DNA of 64,000 nucleotides, from the IMG/VR virus record IMGVR_UViG_3300025093_000002, positions 28,089 through 92,088 of that record; one strand, written 5' to 3'. The notes below the pieces were generated by a model, which was given only the letters and a program-made list of their open reading frames with translations, was not told the DNA's origin and ran no database searches. The position numbers were made by a program, and so were the translations under genes. Positions 25,680 through 33,884 of this stretch are shown here, in pieces. Positions within the stretch are counted from its first letter, which is position 1. The number at the start of each line of letters is the position of its first letter. Source of the stretch: a virus.

Positions 25680-25939
25680 AAGACTTTCTCCGCTTCATCA
25701 TTTCCATAATGGTCTGGGCAGTCATCGGCCGGTTTGTCCTCCAAACCGGCATCGCTCACCCAATGGCAATCGGTATCGTCTGGATCGTCGGCTTTGTCTG
25801 GATCACGGGATGGGTCGCAGGCGGCGACGTGAGCTACGGCGACGAGCAGCTTAAGGTGACACTGATTGGCTTTGGTGGCGCGCTTGGCTTTGGCGCTGTT
25901 GTTGTGTCCTTTGTCGAACTTTGGAAGTTCGTTACCTGA
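25676..25939 (+). CDS. Three-TM membrane protein moron
   Basis: Hydrophobic segments; coupled to the lipoprotein gene. Confidence 0.6.
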   Translation: MKDFLRFIISIMVWAVIGRFVLQTGIAHPMAIGIVWIVGFVWITGWVAGGDVSYGDEQLKVTLIGFGGALGFGAVVVSFVELWKFVT

Positions 25940-28565
25940 ACCAGCCCGGAAGGCCGGGGAACGCCTGCCGATCGACAAAGCTTTCCTGCCCGTAATCCGA
26001 ACGGCGACGCGACTCTTGCCGGCTGAGATAGCCGGGGCTTGCCGCCTCGCGCAGCGAATTGAGAAACAAGTAATCCAGTGCCGGACGGGCATAAAACAGG
26101 TTCGCCCAAGGCGTGTTTTGCAGCCCGTAGGATAGTGCTGACGCGGCCGTCGCATCGCCATCGCGAAGCTTCAGGACGAGTTCCAATCCGTCCAGCGTCG
26201 TGCCGATGGTCGGACCGATCACCGTTTCCGCCAACCCGCCGCCAAAGCGGTTCGTCTGCGCGAACAAGAAGTCGCCATAGATGCCGAATGCACCGCCCTG
26301 CACCATGGCCGCGCCCCAAGTCTTCGGGTCAGACGGATCGCGCGGCGGCCAGTATCCGCGCGCCATGTCCTTCAACGTCATCGACGCGTATCCCGCCATC
26401 GTCATGCCGGCAACCAGCGCGCCGATATGGCCGGTCTTCTCCAAATAGGAAGCGTCTTTCCGATGCCCGAACAAGGCGCGCCCAAGCACCCGTTGCGTGA
26501 ACGAAAACGGGAAGCCCTTGAACTGGCCGATGAACCGGATCGCCTCGCCGGCCACCGTGCCGGGTCGCAAGCCCAGCGTCATGGTGCGGCGGGTGCGGGC
26601 ATCGACCTCAACCATGCCGTAGCTCGTCTCATCGGCCACGAACCGAAGCACGGACAATTCCAGATCGCGACGGCCATCTTCCATAATCGCCGCGCGCTTT
26701 TCTTCAAAATCGGTTTCGCGCTTGGCTCGCGTCGCATCCGACTTGGCCTCGTCCAGCTTGCTCGCCTTGCGCGCCAGTGCGATGCGCTCGCGCACCAGTG
26801 GCTCGATCGCATCGTCCGGCAATTCCCTGATCCGGTCCGGCGTGACATAGGCGGTGTCATTGACCTCCCGGAACTGCGCCTTGCGGATTGCGTCCCATTT
26901 CGTCGCGTCGATACCGTGCAGGCCCAGCACATGCCGGTAATTCGCCGGCAGCGCGCCATAGTCCGACTTAGCCCGCATTCCCATTTCCGCAGCGATGACG
27001 CGCCCCGCCGTTGCGCGATGTACGTCCGTCCACCACGACAGGCCATTCCAGCGGAAAAACTTCTCCTGAAGCCCTGCCATGCGCCCGACAGGGCCGTCTA
27101 CAGCGGCGGCCGGGGCAACGATATGGCCGACCAGCCCGTCAAATCCCTCGCCCAGGATGAACGAGATTTCCGCGACCTCACCCTTGGGCCGCCCGCGTCG
27201 AAGTCCGTCAAGCTGTGCCGTCAATCCTTTGAAATACCCGCCGCCGCGAAACATCGAAGCCGCTGCCGCCGTCAGATTGTCGGACACGGATGACAAGACC
27301 GCCCCGCCCAGCTTCGCCATGGACTGCCATGCGCGAATGTCCGCTCCGATCTTTGCCGCCGTGACGCTGACCGGGCGCGATGACATGCCGGTTGCGATAT
27401 CGAGCGCCTGCCGCAAGGCCCCGGCGTCCGTCTCAAGACCGGCCTGGCGCTTGATCTTTTCCTGGGGCGACAGTTTCGCGTCGTCACGAATGCGGCGCTT
27501 GATGCCATCCACCAGCGATCCGAACATCAATTCCGGGTTCGGGCCGAGCGCTTCCATGTTGGCCGCTACGCGCGCCGCTCGGCGCAAATGTGCGACCATG
27601 CCGGAAACTGTATTGCCAAAGCCGAACTCGCTGCGATAGGCAAGCGCGGCTTCCGGGTCGCGGAAATGCAGCACCCGGCTCTTGCCGAGCGATCGGGCCA
27701 TGTTCGCCGGGTTGATACGCTGGCCCTTTTCCTTCGGTGTCGTGCGGTTCGGCATTCCGGTGATGATCGTGTCGTAAACATCGCCCAGGATCGATACGAC
27801 CTCGCTTTCGTCCGCCGCATCCGGGAACGTCCGCTCCATGTCCAGCTTCGGCATGACCGACGCGATCCAGTTGTCCTTGCCGGCCGCGATCATCCTGATG
27901 TCGTCGTGCGTCTGAGCGCCGGCCCAGCCGTCGAGCTTTCCGATCGATGCCCCGAGCTTGTTCAGGTCCGTGCGGCTCATTTCAGCATAGGACGCGAAAA
28001 TCTTCGCCACGTCCTGCGCATCGCGATTGCCGGTAATCCCGGGCCTGCCGCCTTCCTTCAGTTCGCTCATCTCGCGCATGATGTCGGCGTCGAGTCGGGG
28101 ATCGCGGATCGCATGAACGAGATGTGGCTTGGTCGCCTGCAATTCGCTGAACAGTCCGCCGAGATAACGCGCCTCATAGGCAAGGTTGAGCGCGGCGACC
28201 GAATTGCGGCCGCCCTCCACTCCGCGCTGTGTGCCTTCCAAAACAGCCAGAAGCGCCTTCTTTGGCGTCATGCCGTCCCGCATGAAGCCGTCAACGGCCT
28301 GATCCAGCCGATCCCGCACCAAAATGTTCAGCGCGGCGTGGCGGCGCTGCATGGCGGCGGCAATCTTGGTACGCTCGGCTTCACGCTCGGCAAAGTCGCG
28401 CAGGCGCTCGCCCATGCCGTCGATCTTGCCTTCGGCTTGAAGCTTCTGCTTGTAATCAGACACGCGCTGGAATGCGGCGTTGATTTCCTCGCGGTTGAGA
28501 CGCCCCTTGGATGCGGTATTGGCGGCGTTGAAGCAATCGGCATCAGGCGTGTATTTACGGCTCAT
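25932..28565 (-). CDS. Internal virion (ejection) protein
   Basis: Large helical protein with QFKGFP motif; position in module. Confidence 0.75.
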   Translation of the reverse strand: MSRKYTPDADCFNAANTASKGRLNREEINAAFQRVSDYKQKLQAEGKIDGMGERLRDFAEREAERTKIAAAMQRRHAALNILVRDRLDQAVDGFMRDGMTPKKALLAVLEGTQRGVEGGRNSVAALNLAYEARYLGGLFSELQATKPHLVHAIRDPRLDADIMREMSELKEGGRPGITGNRDAQDVAKIFASYAEMSRTDLNKLGASIGKLDGWAGAQTHDDIRMIAAGKDNWIASVMPKLDMERTFPDAADESEVVSILGDVYDTIITGMPNRTTPKEKGQRINPANMARSLGKSRVLHFRDPEAALAYRSEFGFGNTVSGMVAHLRRAARVAANMEALGPNPELMFGSLVDGIKRRIRDDAKLSPQEKIKRQAGLETDAGALRQALDIATGMSSRPVSVTAAKIGADIRAWQSMAKLGGAVLSSVSDNLTAAAASMFRGGGYFKGLTAQLDGLRRGRPKGEVAEISFILGEGFDGLVGHIVAPAAAVDGPVGRMAGLQEKFFRWNGLSWWTDVHRATAGRVIAAEMGMRAKSDYGALPANYRHVLGLHGIDATKWDAIRKAQFREVNDTAYVTPDRIRELPDDAIEPLVRERIALARKASKLDEAKSDATRAKRETDFEEKRAAIMEDGRRDLELSVLRFVADETSYGMVEVDARTRRTMTLGLRPGTVAGEAIRFIGQFKGFPFSFTQRVLGRALFGHRKDASYLEKTGHIGALVAGMTMAGYASMTLKDMARGYWPPRDPSDPKTWGAAMVQGGAFGIYGDFLFAQTNRFGGGLAETVIGPTIGTTLDGLELVLKLRDGDATAASALSYGLQNTPWANLFYARPALDYLFLNSLREAASPGYLSRQESRRRSDYGQESFVDRQAFPGLPGWFR

Positions 28566-28575
28566 CCAGCGGCCC

Positions 28576-30207
28576 CTAGATCATGCACGCGACGGCGGCA
28601 CGCATTGCCTCACCGTAGGCCGCGCCGTCTTCATAGCCCCGCGTGGCGACATCCAGTTCGATACGGTCGTCGTCGGTCAGGCGGCCCTCGGCTTCCAATT
28701 GCTGCAATTCGGCTTCCTCGATAAACGACCCCGTTTCGGGATCGACGCGGTATTGCTGTGCGATGGCGCGATAGTCGTCGGCGCGGGCGATGCGAATTTC
28801 CGCGTCCGCCCTGCCCTCCGGGATCGGATCGGGACGCGGCGGCGTCGCATCGACCTTCACGCGCGACTTGCCCTTGCGGCCTCTGGTACGACGCGCCTCT
28901 GGTTCCGCCACGACATCTCTGGCCATGCGGGCTTCATAGTCTGAACGCCATGCATCAAACTCTGCCTTCTGGTCCAGGCTGGGGATTTCAAGTTTGGCCT
29001 GCACCGAACGAACAATTTGTTCGGGCGCGCGCGCCACCGCCGTACCCTCTATCTCGTCAAGCGGCCGGACGACTGACTGAAGCCGCTCGCCCATGTCCTC
29101 GATAATCTGATTGGGGGTACGTCCCTGGGCCGTCAGTGCCTCGATTTCGTTCACGACCTGCGCTTGATTGGCAATGCGCCAGTCGGCTTCGATCTCTTGC
29201 TGGTCGGGCGCAAGCGTTGCGAATGTCGGATCATCGGCATTAAGGACAGGCGGACGCTTTGCGGCCTCCGTCTCAAGCTTTTCAGCAATCCTTGCCATCG
29301 GTTCGGTGGCGTTGGGCGACAGTCGCACCTCGCCGTCATGGACAAGGCCGGCCACCGCCTCATTGAGCGCGATGCGGGCTTCCTGCGTCGTCTGAAGCGT
29401 CGCCAGCCGCTGCTCCTGTTCCGCCTTGACCTTTTCCAGCCGTTGTACGGAACGGCGGCCGAGGACGCCTGCAACGGTTCCGAACGCGCCGCCGATCATC
29501 GCCGCCGTGGCGATTTCCGACACGGTTGCCTGCCAGGATACGTTATCGCCAAACCGGGCGCGCGCATCGCGGGTGGCAATGCCGAACACCGCCGTGTTCG
29601 CCGCCGCGTCGAGCGCTGCCGTGGTCGCCGTGCCTTTCACGGTGCCAAAGCGGGCAATGTTGGCCGCCCTGACCGCTGGCCCTGCAATCGGGATATAGTT
29701 GATCGGATCGAGCGCCTGCCCGGCCAGATTGCCGACGATCGACGTAAACGGGCGCTTGACCCCGAAGTGATCGCGAACAGCTCGCACATCATACTGGGTC
29801 GCGAGCGCCGCCGCGCGGTCCTCGGTCATCGCCGCATCCCACGGAATGTTGTCGCGGAAGAACGGCGATGCTTCCCATCCCTCTTTCGTCATCGCGGGCG
29901 CGGTCGGTTCCGGCCGGTCGATGACGCCGAACCGTTCGAGAAGAGCGCGCCCCGAGGCGATGGGGTTCGGTAATGTTCCGCTTTGGCGCTGGATTCGTTC
30001 CGGCTCCGGCAAAGCCTCTAAATTGCCTTCGGGTATACGGGAACTGCGAATGGCCGTGCCGAGGCCGTAGCTTTGCACCGCCCCGCCTATGGTCTGGTCG
30101 AGCAACGTTGCGCCCATGCCCATCGGCATATCCATCGCGGCTTCAAACCTGCGCTGCGGCGACGACGCCCGATAGGTTGGGCCGCGCCCTAGACCGTGCG
30201 TTCTCAC
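28576..30207 (-). CDS. Internal virion protein
   Basis: ALDPINYIP motif; position in module. Confidence 0.7.
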   Translation of the reverse strand: MRTHGLGRGPTYRASSPQRRFEAAMDMPMGMGATLLDQTIGGAVQSYGLGTAIRSSRIPEGNLEALPEPERIQRQSGTLPNPIASGRALLERFGVIDRPEPTAPAMTKEGWEASPFFRDNIPWDAAMTEDRAAALATQYDVRAVRDHFGVKRPFTSIVGNLAGQALDPINYIPIAGPAVRAANIARFGTVKGTATTAALDAAANTAVFGIATRDARARFGDNVSWQATVSEIATAAMIGGAFGTVAGVLGRRSVQRLEKVKAEQEQRLATLQTTQEARIALNEAVAGLVHDGEVRLSPNATEPMARIAEKLETEAAKRPPVLNADDPTFATLAPDQQEIEADWRIANQAQVVNEIEALTAQGRTPNQIIEDMGERLQSVVRPLDEIEGTAVARAPEQIVRSVQAKLEIPSLDQKAEFDAWRSDYEARMARDVVAEPEARRTRGRKGKSRVKVDATPPRPDPIPEGRADAEIRIARADDYRAIAQQYRVDPETGSFIEEAELQQLEAEGRLTDDDRIELDVATRGYEDGAAYGEAMRAAVACMI

Positions 30208-32924
30208 TGGCCGCCACCCATGACGCCGAAGGACGCACGGTCCTCAATGAGCCGTTGTTCAAGGTCTTCGTCCGTTACTCCAATCGGGCGCTCTTGTGCG
30301 GGCGCATCTTCGATCATGAACACGAGCGGTTCACCATCGCCGCCCTCCAGCGCCTCTCCGTCCTTGGGCAGAATGAACACAAACCCCTCATCCGCATTAC
30401 GGAAGTAGCCTTCCGACAACGCCTCTTCGATGTAGTTCTGTCGTGCCGCCTCAATGACAGCGCGCGTCCCGTCATGAACCGGTGCGTCGGGCGGTGTGAA
30501 TGGCGACGCTTCAAGAGCCTTGCGCACACCCGGCAACTGCCGCTCAAGCCCGCCCAGAATGGCGGCTTCATCTGCCTCCTGTGGGATCAGGATTTGCGCA
30601 TTGACGGACCAGTTGCCCGACGACACGCGGACATCGCCGTAAAGGTCTTTTGCCACTGCATCGATCGCACTCGACAATCCTTCGCCCGCCCGAAGCCGAA
30701 GATGGACCGCATTGCTGATCAGCTTTTGGTCGCGTTGAGCGCGGACGAAGTTCTCGGCCGTGCCATCGGAAAGGCCGTAATAGACATCGCCGATCTGACC
30801 CACATCCATCAGGCGCGCCTGCACGGCCGCGTCGATGTTCGCGGGTGTTTCGGGTGATTTGCCGGGGAGTTTTGACGGGTCGACCATCGCCGCCTGGAAC
30901 AAGCGCCGCGCTGCTGCCTCGTCGCCCCGTGCCGCCGCGTCGACCGCCCCTTCGGTGATGTCCGGCAAGCCGGCCTCGACCAGTTGGTCGAACACCGCCT
31001 TTTGCTGGTCGGGATCGTCTGTGCTGAAAATCACGCGCATCATGGCGTCAACGCGCTCGGCTTCCGGTGCCTCTTCATTCTTGAAGCGCTCCACCAGATT
31101 GTCGGCCACGACGGTCGGCATCAGGCGCAGGTTTTTAATACCAAGTTGCGCTTGTGCATCCGCAGTGGCCGCCAGTGCCTCGCGATGGTTGCCGTCCTCG
31201 GAAGGCGTCTGCCATGCCTTGTCGACATGCGGGAACACCTGACGCGTATAGGCGACAGGATCGGCCTCTCGTGCCGTGATGGTTGCTTCGGCGGCTTTGC
31301 TCAGCGTCTCATAACGCTGCTGATCGAGGACGGCCGTGTCGCCCGATGCCGTAGGCTGGGCATTCCGGACAACATCCTGGATCGCATCTGCCGGCATGGT
31401 GCGGAAATCGTACGCCTGGCGGCTGACCTCGACATTGCTCTGGAACTGCGCATAGCGGGAAGCGCCTTCGACGGAGCCATAGGCGTCGAGAAACTGTTCT
31501 GCCGTGGGCAGTTCGTTTTCATATCGGCCCGTGTTCATGATCGCGGTCGGCGCATTGTCGGTCGCGATCTGGATCGACGCGCGGGTTTCGGCGTTGCGCT
31601 GGTTTCGCGCCGTGTCGATGGCCGAATAATTCTGGCTGGCCGCGTCCGCGTCGGGCATCAGCGCCGCGACGCGCGTGCCGCCTGACGAACCTCCGCCGGT
31701 TCCCATCTTGGCATAGGCGAGAAGCGTCGTGCCGTTGGCGTCGGCAGCATTGACCCTTCCGCCGCTCTTGAGCGCACGGGCGGCCCCACCGGCCCCGCCA
31801 AGGTGCATCATCGCATGGATGCCGTCGCGCGTGATCTGCACGCCGCCAACTGTCTGCCCGATAAACCCTTCAAGGCCCTGCCGCGTGATCTCCTGATCCA
31901 TGCGCGCGCGGTGGATTTCGAATGCCTTGCGCTGCGCCGCCGGGTTGGCGAGGAAGTCCGCCAGTTTCCTGACTTCCGGGAAACCGGGGATGTTGAACGT
32001 CCCGGTCCATTTGCCCTGCGCGCCGGCTCGCTTGCTCCACCCCGACAAATTCTCGTTGCCGGGGTCATAGAGACCAAGGTCAGCCATACGCGGCGCGCCG
32101 AACTGGTAAAGGCCGGCATAGCCCCATTTGTTGACGACGCCGGGACGGCCGCCGCTCTCGCGCTGGACAAGAGCGGCCTCAAACCCCTCGCCAACGGCCT
32201 GCGGCTTGGCCCCGAAGAACCTGGCCGTCATCGCCTCGGCTTCCTCGACGCGGCCCGCCTCTGTTAGTCCGTTGATGGCGCCTTGCACGATCGCGCGTTC
32301 GGCTTCCTTCTGCGCCTCGGCGAGACCGGCTTCCGGGATGATGCCGCGATAGGCTTCCGAGCTTGTCCGCAGGCTGGCAAGCGTCTGTTCGGGATCGCCG
32401 CTCGAATAGGCTTCCTGAGCTAGAAGTTGCGCCTGCTCGGAGTACTGCGTCCCAAGAAATTCGATGCGGGCGTTGTGCTCATAGGTCATCGCCCGCGTGG
32501 CAAAATCAGCACGGCGGCGAAGGACGTTCGCCTCGGCCGCTTCACGCGCCGAACGGGACATGTTCAGCCCGCGCTGTTCAAGCCTGCCCATGACGTTCGC
32601 CGACATGTCGGACAGTTGCTTGTCGACGCCGGCCTGAAAGCCCTCCCCGCCGGCGGGAGCCGCAGCCTGGGCGTCAAGGTATGCCTGCTGCGCATCGCGC
32701 GTGTATTCGAAATCAAACGTATTCAGCGCGACCTTGTCTTCGGCCTCGCGGCGCTGATCGGCAAGCCGCGCGCCGATCTCGGCGACGTTCTGGATCGCGG
32801 CCCCTGCCTGCTGTTGCGCACGGCCGATCTGGGCGCCGAACGCATCCGCGTCGGCCCGCACACCGGGGTCGCGCGTCACGCCAACGGATGCGATATCGTC
32901 TATGCCGGGAAGCCGGATTGCCAT
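30204..32924 (-). CDS. Internal virion protein with lytic transglycosylase-like domain
   Basis: QRESGG...N.WGYAGLYQFG lysozyme-fold motif. Confidence 0.75.
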   Translation of the reverse strand: MAIRLPGIDDIASVGVTRDPGVRADADAFGAQIGRAQQQAGAAIQNVAEIGARLADQRREAEDKVALNTFDFEYTRDAQQAYLDAQAAAPAGGEGFQAGVDKQLSDMSANVMGRLEQRGLNMSRSAREAAEANVLRRRADFATRAMTYEHNARIEFLGTQYSEQAQLLAQEAYSSGDPEQTLASLRTSSEAYRGIIPEAGLAEAQKEAERAIVQGAINGLTEAGRVEEAEAMTARFFGAKPQAVGEGFEAALVQRESGGRPGVVNKWGYAGLYQFGAPRMADLGLYDPGNENLSGWSKRAGAQGKWTGTFNIPGFPEVRKLADFLANPAAQRKAFEIHRARMDQEITRQGLEGFIGQTVGGVQITRDGIHAMMHLGGAGGAARALKSGGRVNAADANGTTLLAYAKMGTGGGSSGGTRVAALMPDADAASQNYSAIDTARNQRNAETRASIQIATDNAPTAIMNTGRYENELPTAEQFLDAYGSVEGASRYAQFQSNVEVSRQAYDFRTMPADAIQDVVRNAQPTASGDTAVLDQQRYETLSKAAEATITAREADPVAYTRQVFPHVDKAWQTPSEDGNHREALAATADAQAQLGIKNLRLMPTVVADNLVERFKNEEAPEAERVDAMMRVIFSTDDPDQQKAVFDQLVEAGLPDITEGAVDAAARGDEAAARRLFQAAMVDPSKLPGKSPETPANIDAAVQARLMDVGQIGDVYYGLSDGTAENFVRAQRDQKLISNAVHLRLRAGEGLSSAIDAVAKDLYGDVRVSSGNWSVNAQILIPQEADEAAILGGLERQLPGVRKALEASPFTPPDAPVHDGTRAVIEAARQNYIEEALSEGYFRNADEGFVFILPKDGEALEGGDGEPLVFMIEDAPAQERPIGVTDEDLEQRLIEDRASFGVMGGGQ

Positions 32925-32925
32925 A

Positions 32926-33447
32926 TCAGCCCCAAACCTTTGCGGCCGTACCGAACGCATTGCCGAAGCCGGTCAGGAGTGTCGCCCCCGCCGCGCGAGG
33001 ACCAGCCTCGCGCGCATTGCCGGCGCGCATCGTGTCGAGGGTAGCCGAATCTTCGAGGCGGCTTTCGCGCACGAAGCCCTGATGGCCGATGCGGGACGTG
33101 CCGAGCGCGATTTCGCGCAACATGGATTCTTCGACCAGAAGCGGCGACCCTGCATTTGTGATACCGGATGCACCGCCCGCCGCTCGACGCTCGGCCATGA
33201 TGCGGCTTTGGCGGCGCTGATAGTCCTCGGCTTCCGCGCCGGCCGCGTCACGCTCCGACTCGGCCTGCTGGCGCGTGGCCTTGGCGTTGAACTCGTTGGC
33301 CTGTGCATCGGCCTCGGCCGCACGGCGCTGCCCGGACGCTTGCACGGCGCTGCCGATAAGGCCCACGGCCCCGGACGCGAGCGAAAGCGCACCTGATGCG
33401 CCAATGCCCTTGACGAGGCCGGCGACTGCCGGAACGATAAAGCTCAT
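32926..33447 (-). CDS. Internal virion protein (T7 gp14-like)
   Basis: Gly/Ala-rich N-terminus; ASGI...GSPL. Confidence 0.7.
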   Translation of the reverse strand: MSFIVPAVAGLVKGIGASGALSLASGAVGLIGSAVQASGQRRAAEADAQANEFNAKATRQQAESERDAAGAEAEDYQRRQSRIMAERRAAGGASGITNAGSPLLVEESMLREIALGTSRIGHQGFVRESRLEDSATLDTMRAGNAREAGPRAAGATLLTGFGNAFGTAAKVWG

Positions 33448-33884
33448 CGATGTTTCCCCAGGAAGATCATGCGCACGAAGATTGTCCGGCCCAGAAGGAC
33501 GGTCGGGTTGTCGGCGTCCATTTCGAAACCGAGCACGCGGCACCAACGCAAGGAGCGGTGAAAGCCGGCCTCGACAAAAGTTTCAATCCGCGCGAAGCGG
33601 TTGTTTCGCAGTTGCGCCAGATACGTCTTGTGCATCGCCACCATGCATTCTGCGGGAACCAGCGTCAGCGCGGCCCACGCATAGGCCAAGCCATCTCCCT
33701 GGTCCGTCAGCCCGCCGCTTGCGACCGGAACGCCGTCGACTTCCATCGTCATGGCGTGCGGGTCCTGCTCCAGATGATCGAGGCCGTCCGCTTCGAACCA
33801 GTCGCGCGCGAAAGTCTCGACGGCTCGTTCGCGATAGACTGCAAGATCGGAAAGGCGAAACCGCCTGACCTCAAAGCCGCTCAT
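33444..33884 (-). CDS. GNAT-like virion assembly protein (T7 gp13-like)
   Basis: RWCRVLGFE motif; position after the nozzle gene. Confidence 0.65.
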   Translation of the reverse strand: MSGFEVRRFRLSDLAVYRERAVETFARDWFEADGLDHLEQDPHAMTMEVDGVPVASGGLTDQGDGLAYAWAALTLVPAECMVAMHKTYLAQLRNNRFARIETFVEAGFHRSLRWCRVLGFEMDADNPTVLLGRTIFVRMIFLGKHR

